In this document: piece by piece, positions 20,906 through 30,245 of the stretch
Layout of the letters: every line of letters starts with the position of its first letter
Position numbering within the stretch: position 1 is the stretch's first letter
NCBI GenBank assembly: GCA_964549865.1
Contig: CAZJYB010000002.1
Coordinates: 512-64,511, forward strand
Direction of reading: 5' to 3'
DNA: 64,000 bases
Source of the DNA: an uncultured Anaerolineaceae bacterium
GTDB lineage: Bacteria; Chloroflexota; Anaerolineae; Anaerolineales; Villigracilaceae
Made by a program: the position numbers and the translations under genes
The notes under the pieces: model-generated
What the model saw: the letters and a program-made list of their open reading frames with translations, nothing else
Databases searched by the model: none
Told to the model about the DNA's origin: nothing

Positions 20906-22315
20906 ATGAGTGATGAAAAGGTAGGCATCCCTTTGCACGGAAAGATGGCCGCCCGCGCGTTGCATTCGGCCTCTTTTCGCGAGTGTTTGGGTGCGAATGG
21001 TTTGAAACCGGTCTATTTTCTTAGCCCCCATTATTTCCGTTCCTTCGATTTCGACCCCAACCAGTATTTTGAGCTTCGAATAGAAGATTATGATCAGTAT
21101 TTCCGGAAGCATGCCTTATTGCAGAATTTAAAAATGCTCAGGCGCTTTGTCGTTCGGACGGAAACAACGGATCTTCGTTTTCGTGAAATGATAGCAAGCA
21201 AACTCTTCAATGCCTCCATCTGGGGTATTGGCGCATCCCTTTTCTACATCGATATCGTACGCCGTATCCCTAATATTGGGAATCTACTCTTGTGGCTCGA
21301 GACCACTTTTTATGCGACCCATGCTCATGATCGATCCTTCGAGGAACAGGGAATCGACTGTGTTTTGACCCCAGGCATGGGGAATTTCAACTTTTGGAAC
21401 GAAGGCAATTTTGCCCTTGAGGCGCAAAGATCGAACATCCCGGCTTTTGCAGCGATAACGAATTATGACAATATTGTGAACATGGGATTTCGCGGTTTTA
21501 CCCCGACCTGTCTTGCTGTCTGGAGTCGGCAAATGGCGGATGAGGCCATCAAATTGCACGGTTTGCCAGCCCGTAAAATTGAAATTACTGGCCCGGTGCA
21601 ATATGACAGGTTCATGCAGCCTTTACCTCTGGATCGTGATGCCTTTCTAAGATCGATTGGTCTTGACCCCAACCGCAAGACGATCTTTTATGCGGGTGGA
21701 GTCAATATCACCCGTTATTTTGAGATATACCGTTTATTTGTTGAACAGAAAGAAAGTATTTCGTCCGAACCCTTTAATCTAATTGTACGACCAATGCCGC
21801 ATATTAAATTATTAGGCTCCCCAGGCTGGCAGGTCCTGGAGAAGCTGTTTCCTGGAGCCGGAGTGTATATCTCGAATCCCGGTTCCATCGATGCAAGTGG
21901 TGATCGTACCGATGAATTTCGCCTTGATCTTTCCTTTGAAGAAGGCACTGATGAATTAAGTTATTTGTTGCGTTACAGTGACGTGTTGATCAATAGTTTT
22001 TCAACGATGAGTCTCGAAGCTGCCATTTGTGATTTGCCGGCCATCCATTTTGGATATGATTCTTACACATTTGGACACAACTTTAATACAACATCGGCTT
22101 TTCAACAGCGCATGACCCATAACCGCAGAAAGCTGCGCCTGCAGGCATCAAAAGTGGCCAAAAACGAATCGGAACTGGTGATGTTTGTCGATCAATACTT
22201 GAACGATCGCACCCTGGACCAGGGAGCTCGACACGAGTATGCAGTTTCGGAATGCGGTGAACTCGACGGGCAGGCAGGCATTCGCCTGATGGAAATGATC
22301 AAAAGCAGGCTGTAA
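20906..22315 (+). CDS. Unassigned GT-B-like protein, candidate transferase for the CMP-activated sugar
   Basis: It starts 2 nt after the transketolase gene. It shows a generic GT-B pattern (KIEITGPVQYDRF ... KTIFYAGG ... SDVLINSFSTMSLEAAICDLPAI). I did not recognise a family. Confidence 0.3.
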   Translation: MSDEKVGIPLHGKMAARALHSASFRECLGANGLKPVYFLSPHYFRSFDFDPNQYFELRIEDYDQYFRKHALLQNLKMLRRFVVRTETTDLRFREMIASKLFNASIWGIGASLFYIDIVRRIPNIGNLLLWLETTFYATHAHDRSFEEQGIDCVLTPGMGNFNFWNEGNFALEAQRSNIPAFAAITNYDNIVNMGFRGFTPTCLAVWSRQMADEAIKLHGLPARKIEITGPVQYDRFMQPLPLDRDAFLRSIGLDPNRKTIFYAGGVNITRYFEIYRLFVEQKESISSEPFNLIVRPMPHIKLLGSPGWQVLEKLFPGAGVYISNPGSIDASGDRTDEFRLDLSFEEGTDELSYLLRYSDVLINSFSTMSLEAAICDLPAIHFGYDSYTFGHNFNTTSAFQQRMTHNRRKLRLQASKVAKNESELVMFVDQYLNDRTLDQGARHEYAVSECGELDGQAGIRLMEMIKSRL

Positions 22316-22355
22316 CGAAATCAAACGATCTGTATAAATAATATAAGGTCTTAAA

Positions 22356-23111
22356 ATGAAAACACTTTACCCCTGGCTTAACCCTATTTTGATGCGAATA
22401 TTGCGCTGGCTCTATGCTATCTGGCGGAAGATCAACATTCGCCAGACTAATCCACGATTATGGTCGAACGATGAACTGGCAAAATTTGCGCCGCTTTTTT
22501 CTGGAAAGGTCATCAATGTTTCCGGAGGAAGGGATAACGATAAGGAGGGCAGGTCATATAAGGATTATTTTGTTAATGCGGAGTCGTATACTTTGTCGAA
22601 CTATATTCTTGAATTCAAGGATTCAAATGCCTATAACGAGATGCAATTGGATCTCTCCGGACCATTATTAATTGATTCCAACCTAGCCGGGAAGTTTGAA
22701 ACGGTCCTGACGCACACTGTCCTGGAGCATATTTATGATGTGCACCAGGCCGTCGAAAACCTGTGTAAATTGTCGAACGATATTGTGATCACCATCATAC
22801 CTTTTCTGCAGGAATTTCATCATGTGCCTGAGCAATATCATGACTATTGGCGTATTTCACCATATTCACTGGCTTTGTTATTCAAGCAACATGGCTTTCA
22901 GACCCTTTACGTGAACTGGAATGATGACCCCATGGGTAACGTATATATTTTTCATATTGCTTCGCGCCAACCTGAAAGATGGGATGATCAAATACGACCT
23001 GCTGTTATTACCCATGGACCTGGATCTTCACGGGTCTTGATACACCCGGAGCAGGATGGTTCGATGGGTAGTACTGCTGTTGCCTTTCGCGATCTTTATA
23101 TACTGGAGTGA
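22356..23111 (+). CDS. Class I SAM-dependent methyltransferase-like
   Basis: It has VINVSGG and VLTHTVLEHIYDVHQAVENL (the Methyltransf_11-like post-motif region). Confidence 0.55.
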   Translation: MKTLYPWLNPILMRILRWLYAIWRKINIRQTNPRLWSNDELAKFAPLFSGKVINVSGGRDNDKEGRSYKDYFVNAESYTLSNYILEFKDSNAYNEMQLDLSGPLLIDSNLAGKFETVLTHTVLEHIYDVHQAVENLCKLSNDIVITIIPFLQEFHHVPEQYHDYWRISPYSLALLFKQHGFQTLYVNWNDDPMGNVYIFHIASRQPERWDDQIRPAVITHGPGSSRVLIHPEQDGSMGSTAVAFRDLYILE

Positions 23112-23118
23112 TTTTAGG

Positions 23119-23406
23119 ATGCAGAGTATTCGTCGCGTAATTGAGGCTGTTGGTCAACAGGTATGTTTGCGGATGAAATGGTTCCGTGCAATCAGGTATT
23201 CGCCGTCATCATCCAAGATTGGCTGGAATGCCATTGTTCTTGGCAACGTGCAGATTGGCGAGCAATCTACAATACAGGATCACGTTGTTTTGGATGGCAC
23301 ACGTATGGGAAATGATGCTGAATCTATTAAAATTGGTGCACGCACCAGGATCGAGTGCGGAGCGCAAATCCACAGTTGGGGTGGAGAAATTACAATTGCT
23401 CCCTGA
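23119..23406 (+). CDS. Hexapeptide-repeat acyltransferase, N-terminal fragment (the gene appears split)
   Basis: The LbH repeats (VLGNVQIGEQSTIQDHVVLDG..IKIGARTRIECGAQIHSWGGEITIAP) end at a TGA. The beta-helix resumes in another frame at 23439. Confidence 0.5.
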   Translation: MQSIRRVIEAVGQQVCLRMKWFRAIRYSPSSSKIGWNAIVLGNVQIGEQSTIQDHVVLDGTRMGNDAESIKIGARTRIECGAQIHSWGGEITIAP

Positions 23407-23438
23407 ACCCTTATTGCCTGATCTAGGGTACGGGAGGG

Positions 23439-24413
23439 GTGAAAATTGGAAATAATGTGCGCATTGCGGCGAATACGATCATTGCGGCCTCCATGCATAA
23501 GTTTGAACGGATTGATGTCACTATTATTAGCCAGGGGTTCGAAGCCAGGGGCATTACGATTGGGAATGATACCTGGATCGGCGCGAGTTGTCGTATTTTG
23601 GATGGTGTAAGAATCGGCAAGGGTGCTATTTTAGCTGCGGGTGCTGTAGTTACAAAAGATGTGCCTGCTTATACAATTGTGGGAGGAGTGCCTGCGAAGG
23701 TGATCCGCCAGCGGAAAAAACACATGAAAAATCACATCCCCGAAAAGTCAGCTGTCTGGAAAAAAAGCTATATTAGCTATCGTCGTCTATGGCTTGATCA
23801 ATGCCTTAAGGCGTTTTCGACTGAAATGCGCGGTCTTGTAGTTGACCTCGGGGGTAAGCGTGAAAAGAAGCGCGGCACCTTTCTTCCTCCACATGAGCAG
23901 GCAGATGCGTGGTGGTATGTCAACCTCGATCTTAATACTCATCCTGATATTTTTGCGGATGTTGGAGATGTTCCGCTGGATGCACAGAGCATAGATTGCA
24001 TAATATGTACAGAAGTATTAGAACATTTACCTGAACCAAAAGCCTGTGTCAATGAAATGTACCGGCTTTTGCGTAAAGGCGGGATTGCTTTTGCGTCTGC
24101 TCCATTTATGTACCCCGTCCATGCAGACCCTTTTGATTTTCAGCGCTTTACTGAAGATGGGTTGCGGAAACTTTTTAGCGATTTTGCCTCAGTTGAAGTA
24201 TTTCAAATGGGGAGTTACCCAGGTACCATGGGAATGCTGATTGAACTTGGAATAGATGGAATTCAAGGCAGGTCTTTTCTGCCCAAAATTTTGAGGCGTT
24301 CTTTGCGTTTGATTTCTCGTTGGCTATGTTCTTACGATCTTTCTCGTGCAAGCCAGAACAATACTACGTGGCAAAAATTTACCACTGGGTATTTTATGAA
24401 AGTTATTAGGTAG
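23439..24413 (+). CDS. C-terminal half of the hexapeptide acyltransferase fused to a class I SAM methyltransferase domain
   Basis: The acyltransferase part has [65 protein letters not shown]. The methyltransferase part has VVDLGG and [27 protein letters not shown]. Confidence 0.6.
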   Translation: MKIGNNVRIAANTIIAASMHKFERIDVTIISQGFEARGITIGNDTWIGASCRILDGVRIGKGAILAAGAVVTKDVPAYTIVGGVPAKVIRQRKKHMKNHIPEKSAVWKKSYISYRRLWLDQCLKAFSTEMRGLVVDLGGKREKKRGTFLPPHEQADAWWYVNLDLNTHPDIFADVGDVPLDAQSIDCIICTEVLEHLPEPKACVNEMYRLLRKGGIAFASAPFMYPVHADPFDFQRFTEDGLRKLFSDFASVEVFQMGSYPGTMGMLIELGIDGIQGRSFLPKILRRSLRLISRWLCSYDLSRASQNNTTWQKFTTGYFMKVIR

Positions 24414-24441
24414 ATATTATGATGCGACTCAATAAATTTGG

Positions 24442-25263
24442 ATGTGGAAGATGAATGATCAAAGGTTAAATCACGACGGCAATCGCCGCATTGAAAATGG
24501 ACGATTGGTTTACTTTCATAAAACGGCCGATCAGGGATATTGGGAGAATCTTTGGGAGCAAGAATTTGACCCGGCTTCTTACGAGCCTTTTCGGGCCGGT
24601 AAATTATATAATTTTGACAGGCCATTCAAACGCCATTTGCCAAAGGATGGGCTGATTCTCGAAGCCGGATGCGGGCCCGCCCAGTTGGTTGTTGCACTGG
24701 ATGCCAACGGGTATAACTGTATTGGTTTGGACTATGCAATTCACGCCATGCGTAAGGCCCGGCAAATAGTTGGATCGTTGCGGCTTGTCTCCGGGGATTT
24801 GACAGCGCTTGGCATTTCAAACGATGCTTTCGATGCGATCATCTCGATTGGCGTTGTGGAACACCGTCGCTCTGGCCCAGAAGTTTTTCTATATGAAATG
24901 CGTCGTATTTTGAAACCTGACGGCTTATTAATGATATCCGTGCCTTATTTCAACCCTTTGCGCCAATGGCGCGCGAGCCGTGGAGCATACCAGGATGATG
25001 TCAGCGGGTTGGATTTTTATCAGTACGCCTTCACGCGCAGGGAATTCTGTAAGATTTTGGAGGATGTGGGTTATGAGATCGAAACCACCTATTCCTATTC
25101 GTATCAACATAGTCTATCTCAAGAGCTCCGCTGGTTGAAGACAGTTCATCCTGTTTTGCGGGGGTTCGTTTTGAGATTTAGTAAATACATTCCCTACGTG
25201 AATTCGGAACTCGGACATATGTTGATGGTTGTAGTGCGGAAGAAAATTTCAACATCACTATAA
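24442..25263 (+). CDS. Class I SAM-dependent methyltransferase
   Basis: Motifs seen are ILEAGCGPAQ, FDAIISIGVVEH and ILKPDGLLMISVP. An alternative start is ATG 24451. Confidence 0.75.
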   Translation: MWKMNDQRLNHDGNRRIENGRLVYFHKTADQGYWENLWEQEFDPASYEPFRAGKLYNFDRPFKRHLPKDGLILEAGCGPAQLVVALDANGYNCIGLDYAIHAMRKARQIVGSLRLVSGDLTALGISNDAFDAIISIGVVEHRRSGPEVFLYEMRRILKPDGLLMISVPYFNPLRQWRASRGAYQDDVSGLDFYQYAFTRREFCKILEDVGYEIETTYSYSYQHSLSQELRWLKTVHPVLRGFVLRFSKYIPYVNSELGHMLMVVVRKKISTSL

Positions 25264-25347
25264 ATAATGGATTATTAATATCGGTCAGGTTCGTTTTGCG
25301 CAAATTGTCTTTCCATCAGTGTCAGAATATTTTGAGATTATTCTAAA

Positions 25348-26316
25348 ATGAAAATTGGTTTTCACAAGGCAGTAGCTGACCTGTACGCTGCCATCGCAGG
25401 AACATTCACATCTGCTGACCTGTCCATTTTCCATGAATTCGATCCGCCTCCAACCGGGGGAGGGCATCAGTTTTTACGCGCTTTTTGGAAGGAGGCCGAG
25501 TCGCGGGGCTTGCAGATCGAGAACAATACAATATCACCCACTACACGCGCTTGCTTGATGAATTCCTTTAATTTTAATTACAAACGGCTTCTAAGGATAA
25601 AACGCGAGTCAGTGTTATACATCCACCGCGTGGATGGCCCAGTAGATTATTATCGCGGGCGGAATGATGGCGTGGACCGGCAGATTTGGGAAATGAATCA
25701 AAAGGTTGCAGATCGAACTATTTTTCAATCCCGCTACAGTCTCGAAAAGCATCTGGAGTTTGGAATGCAATTTCGTGAGCCGGTCATTATTTTGAACGCA
25801 GCGGATCCACAAATTTTCCATGCACGTGGAAAGGCTCCCTTTTCTCGCGAAAGAAAAATCCGTTTGATTGCTTCGAGCTGGTCCGACAATGCGAACAAAG
25901 GCGCGTCCGTGTATCAATGGCTGGATGAGCACCTGGATTGGGATCGTTTTGATTTCACCTTTGTTGGCCGCAGTCCAGTTGAATTTAATAATATTCAAAT
26001 GATTCCAGCGGTTGATTCATTGCACATGGCTGACCTGTTTCGAAACCATGATATTTATATAACTGCCAGTCGAAATGATCCGTGTTCGAATTCGTTGATC
26101 GAAGCGCTTACCTGCGGTTTGCCGGCGTTGCATCTCCAAAGTGGTGGTCATGCCGAAATCGTGAAACAGGCCGGGGCCGGGTTTGAAACGGCGGAGCAAA
26201 TCCCTGTTATGTTGGATCGTCTTATAGACGAGTATGAGCTTAAGCAGAAAAAAATTTCCATTCCTTCGCTTCATGAAGTTAGCGAGCTTTATCTAAAAAC
26301 TTTAGGATTGGTGTAA
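25348..26316 (+). CDS. Glycosyltransferase (GT4-like C-terminal domain)
   Basis: Motifs seen are IYITASRNDPCSNSLIEALTCGLPAL and GGHAEIV. Confidence 0.6.
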   Translation: MKIGFHKAVADLYAAIAGTFTSADLSIFHEFDPPPTGGGHQFLRAFWKEAESRGLQIENNTISPTTRACLMNSFNFNYKRLLRIKRESVLYIHRVDGPVDYYRGRNDGVDRQIWEMNQKVADRTIFQSRYSLEKHLEFGMQFREPVIILNAADPQIFHARGKAPFSRERKIRLIASSWSDNANKGASVYQWLDEHLDWDRFDFTFVGRSPVEFNNIQMIPAVDSLHMADLFRNHDIYITASRNDPCSNSLIEALTCGLPALHLQSGGHAEIVKQAGAGFETAEQIPVMLDRLIDEYELKQKKISIPSLHEVSELYLKTLGLV

Positions 26317-26323
26317 TTCTCGT

Positions 26324-27412
26324 ATGAAATCGGTTTTACAAGATACAGCCAAAAAAGTATTGAGATTGTCTTCATCTTTTTGGAGGCCTTATTCTCGTTT
26401 GATCTTGAATGGAGACAATGCGGGCTGGGTCCTGGATTGGGAAACACGGGAGATCGGGAAGATCGCGCGCCAGCTTGGCATTCGCCTGGCGCGGCCGCTT
26501 TGGAGACACTCAGCTTCTCCTCAATCCATTTTCTTCTCGAATCAGTTCTTTCTACTAAACGATGACTGGCTTCGCCTGTTGCCTCATCGCATTGGTTTTG
26601 CCTATTTCCATGGGATGCCGGATACAGGAGATGCTTATTTTGATTCGGTTTATCGTAGTTTATGCAGGCATCATGAATATATAACGCGTATTCAAGTTTC
26701 GCATTCGCAAATGTGGGACGTGATCCTGCAAACAGGGATCGACCCGTCGAAAATCTTTCTTATTCCCATCGGAATTAACCTGGATTATTTTCCTTTCAGA
26801 AAAGCCGGGGGCAAAAAAAATGCATGCGCTGATTTGGGCATTCCACAATCTGCATTTATAATTGGCTCATTTCAGAAAGATGGCGTCGGCTGGGATGAAG
26901 GCCTTGAGCCGAAGTTGATCAAGGGTCCTGATTTATTCCTGTCGACGATCAAGTTATTAAAAAAAGATATTCCAGAGCTGTATGTTTTGCTTTCCGGTCC
27001 CGCGCGCGGTTATATAAAGCGGGGCCTGGATGAGCTGCGAATCCCTTACAAACATGTTTATCTGAAATCCTATCCTGATATTGCAAAAATGTTCCAGGCA
27101 CTTGATTTGTATCTTGTAACTTCACGGCAGGAAGGCGGGCCGAAAGCGATTTTGGAGAGCATGGCAAGTGGTGTGCCACTTGTGAGTACAAAGGTGGGCC
27201 AGGCGATGGATCTGATCCGTCACGGCGGAAATGGCTGGCTGTCTGAGGTCGAAGATGTGCAGGGCCTGGCAGCTTGTGCCTTGCAGGTTTATCGTTTGAC
27301 CGATGATGCTTTACTTCCGATCCTGGATCATGGCCGGGAGACTGCCGAAGCGAACAGTTATAATATGCAGCTTCCATTATGGGCTGCATTTATGAAAGGG
27401 TTTGTTGAATGA
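26324..27412 (+). CDS. Glycosyltransferase family 4
   Basis: It has LYLVTSRQEGGPKAILESMASGVPLVSTKVGQAMDLI. Confidence 0.8.
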   Translation: MKSVLQDTAKKVLRLSSSFWRPYSRLILNGDNAGWVLDWETREIGKIARQLGIRLARPLWRHSASPQSIFFSNQFFLLNDDWLRLLPHRIGFAYFHGMPDTGDAYFDSVYRSLCRHHEYITRIQVSHSQMWDVILQTGIDPSKIFLIPIGINLDYFPFRKAGGKKNACADLGIPQSAFIIGSFQKDGVGWDEGLEPKLIKGPDLFLSTIKLLKKDIPELYVLLSGPARGYIKRGLDELRIPYKHVYLKSYPDIAKMFQALDLYLVTSRQEGGPKAILESMASGVPLVSTKVGQAMDLIRHGGNGWLSEVEDVQGLAACALQVYRLTDDALLPILDHGRETAEANSYNMQLPLWAAFMKGFVE

Positions 27413-28173
27413 TGACTAGCGTGAAAACGATCATAAATTCCATTGCTTTCAAGCTCGCTTATTTTTTATTGCCGCGTGGCTTGCGAAAATATATTATCAA
27501 GGTGATGATCCATTCTGAGGAATCTGCCGCGCCGCGCGATGCGATCCGCTGGTTGTTGGGCGTTTTTGATCAGGTCGGCTATGCAATCGATGTTCAGAGC
27601 AGACGTTGGGGAAACGGTGTGCATATCAAACACGAGATCATGGATGGAATCCACTCCTTTTTCTATGACCGCATTTCGCCAAACTCGCGCGTGCTTGACC
27701 TGGGATGCGGGTACGGTGCAGTTGCCTTTTCGATTGCCACCCATGCAGATTCTCAGGTGTTGGGGATCGACTTTGACCAGATTCAAATTGCATTTGCCAG
27801 GGAACGCTTTCCCCATCCGAAGATCAGGTACGTGGTGGGCAATGTTTTCACTGATATCCCCGAGGCTGAATCATTCGATGTGGTCGTTCTTTCCAGCGTG
27901 CTTGAACACCTGGAGGATCGCGAAAAATTTCTCATGCACTTATCTGAACGGTTTCACCCTGAAAAGTTTTTGATCCGTGTTCCCACCTTTGAACGTCACT
28001 TTTTTGCAGCTTTAAAACGTGAACTGGGCCTGTATCCTTATACGGATGCGACACACGTTCTTGAATATTCACCTCAGGTCTTTATGGATGAAATGAAAAA
28101 GGCCGGGCTGGACATCCGTCATTTCGAAATTCGCTGGGGAGATATTTGGGCCGAATGTGTTCCAGCCAGGTAA
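27409..28173 (+). CDS. Class I SAM-dependent methyltransferase
   Basis: Motifs seen are VLDLGCGYGAVAF and FDVVVLSSVLEHLEDREKF. Confidence 0.75.
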   Translation: MMTSVKTIINSIAFKLAYFLLPRGLRKYIIKVMIHSEESAAPRDAIRWLLGVFDQVGYAIDVQSRRWGNGVHIKHEIMDGIHSFFYDRISPNSRVLDLGCGYGAVAFSIATHADSQVLGIDFDQIQIAFARERFPHPKIRYVVGNVFTDIPEAESFDVVVLSSVLEHLEDREKFLMHLSERFHPEKFLIRVPTFERHFFAALKRELGLYPYTDATHVLEYSPQVFMDEMKKAGLDIRHFEIRWGDIWAECVPAR

Positions 28174-28186
28174 CGTCGGTTCCATT

Positions 28187-29326
28187 ATGAAGGATTTTAT
28201 CAAATCAAAATTTCCCTCTTTTTTTCGGCTGGTCATCGGCCTGCGGGATTTTTTACTTAACACAATTGCCTTTTTGAATATAATGCGAATTAAGAAGGCG
28301 TCTTCGAGTATTTCAGTTCTATATCTGACCCTGCATTTTCCGAAACGACCACCCACTCGTTCTGAATTTTCACACGGCGGGACAGTTAAGATGACCTACC
28401 TTGCAGAGACTTTTCCTCATTCCTTTCCTTCCGCCAACCTTTTATATGCAGTAAGTAGTGTTGACAATTCCATGAACTCCGTTGTTCTTGCAGAATCAAG
28501 GAAGAAGGGTTTGAAGATTGTCGTAAACCAGAACGGGGTGGCGTTCCCAGCGTGGGATGGTGCTAATTATCAAAAGACCAATCAAATTTTAAAGCAGACT
28601 TTGGGGTACGCTGATCATATCATTTATCAAAGCCGGTTTTGTGCACTGGGTGCTGAACGGTATCTTTCGCCGCCAGATGTGCCCAATGAAATTATTTACA
28701 ACCCGGTGGATATCCGCCTCTTCACTCCCCAAGCCTGCTCTAAAAAACCCGAAAATTTAACCCTGCTATTGGGTGGCAATCAGTATGAAAAGTATCGGTT
28801 GGAGCTGGCGCTCAAGATATTAAAGGCGGTTCATCTTCAAATACCGAAGGCAAAATTGATTGTCACAGGAAATTTATGGATGCCATACAATGAATCCAGG
28901 GAATGGACAGCAAAAGCATTGAAAGAAATGGGATTGTTCGATTCCGTGGTCTTTACAGGGCCTTATATTCAGGAACATGCACCCATGATTTACTGCGGAG
29001 CGCATCTTCTACTTCATACAAAGTATGCAGATCCATCCCCTGGGCTTGTTCTCGAAGCACTTGCCTGTGGATTGCCCGTGGTGTATATCGATAATGGCGG
29101 TGTTCCTGAATTGGTACAGGATGCCGGGATCGGTGTTCCTGTGGAACATGATTGGGATGCCATCAACCTGCCGGCTCCGGAAAAAATGGCAGATGCTGTG
29201 ATAGAGATTTACTCTCGCTGTAATGAATTCTCAGAAATTGCGCGCAAGAGAGCGATACAGGAATTCTCGCTGGAGAAATTTATGGCGAAGCACAGGGAAA
29301 TTTTCACCAAAATGTTGGGTGCATAA
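28187..29326 (+). CDS. Glycosyltransferase family 4
   Basis: Motifs seen are LLLHTKYADPSPGLVLEALACGLPVVYIDNGGVPELV. ATG 28187 is the first start after the upstream stop. Confidence 0.78.
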   Translation: MKDFIKSKFPSFFRLVIGLRDFLLNTIAFLNIMRIKKASSSISVLYLTLHFPKRPPTRSEFSHGGTVKMTYLAETFPHSFPSANLLYAVSSVDNSMNSVVLAESRKKGLKIVVNQNGVAFPAWDGANYQKTNQILKQTLGYADHIIYQSRFCALGAERYLSPPDVPNEIIYNPVDIRLFTPQACSKKPENLTLLLGGNQYEKYRLELALKILKAVHLQIPKAKLIVTGNLWMPYNESREWTAKALKEMGLFDSVVFTGPYIQEHAPMIYCGAHLLLHTKYADPSPGLVLEALACGLPVVYIDNGGVPELVQDAGIGVPVEHDWDAINLPAPEKMADAVIEIYSRCNEFSEIARKRAIQEFSLEKFMAKHREIFTKMLGA

Positions 29327-29335
29327 GAAATCATC

Positions 29336-30241
29336 ATGGAATTGACAATCAGCGTTATTATTTGCACCCGTAATCGGTTTGATGATTTTCAAAAGACCAT
29401 CCCGTCTGTATTTCGGCAAAGCCGCCTGCCGGATGAGTTGGTTGTCGTGGATTCTTCGGAGTCGCCACAAATCGAAGGTTATTTAAATTCGATTAACCGG
29501 CCCATGGTATTTCGCTATTTTCACACAACACCCGGGCTGACTTTACAGCGTAATCATGGAATTCGTAAAAGCAAGGGAGACCTGCTGTTTTTTTTTGACG
29601 ACGATGTGGATTTGGATATCGATTACATTTACCAGGTTGAAAAGGTTTTCAAAGAAGACCGAGAGGGTGAAATCGGTGCTGTAGGCGGGCGGATCACAAG
29701 TTTGCATGAAATAAAAGCAGGCACATTTTTGTCCCGGGTGAAAGATAAAATATTCGACCTGATCAGAAATCTTTTTGGGCTGGGTAATTTGGGCAACGGT
29801 CGATTTCGTTATTCGGGCATGCCAACTCATTTGAATCCTGATGGAAGGAGTCAGTATATTGAATGTTTATCCGGTTGTTGCATGGCTTTTCGACGTGAAG
29901 TCTTTAAGAAGATCGAATTCGACGAAAATTTACCCAGTTATGGCCTTATGGAAGATGTCGATATTTCAAAGAGGACTTTGGATTTGGGATACAGGATTTA
30001 TTATGAAGCTTCTGCCATGCTGGTCCATAACACCAGTCCACAAAATCGATTGGACATTTATCGTTGGGCTGAGATGACAGTAATAAATTATGCTTATTTG
30101 TTCCGTAAAAACTGGAGTAAAAATTGGTTGCGCAAGGTTTATTTCTACTGGGCATTGATCGGCTTGCTTGTATTAAACTTGCACAATTTGGAAGGTTTAA
30201 GAGGCACATTGAACGGTATGAGGAAAATGCAGTGGAAGTAA
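29336..30241 (+). CDS. Glycosyltransferase family 2
   Basis: Motifs seen are ISVIICTRNR, LVVVDSS and FFFDDDVD. Confidence 0.8.
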   Translation: MELTISVIICTRNRFDDFQKTIPSVFRQSRLPDELVVVDSSESPQIEGYLNSINRPMVFRYFHTTPGLTLQRNHGIRKSKGDLLFFFDDDVDLDIDYIYQVEKVFKEDREGEIGAVGGRITSLHEIKAGTFLSRVKDKIFDLIRNLFGLGNLGNGRFRYSGMPTHLNPDGRSQYIECLSGCCMAFRREVFKKIEFDENLPSYGLMEDVDISKRTLDLGYRIYYEASAMLVHNTSPQNRLDIYRWAEMTVINYAYLFRKNWSKNWLRKVYFYWALIGLLVLNLHNLEGLRGTLNGMRKMQWK

Positions 30242-30245
30242 CCCA

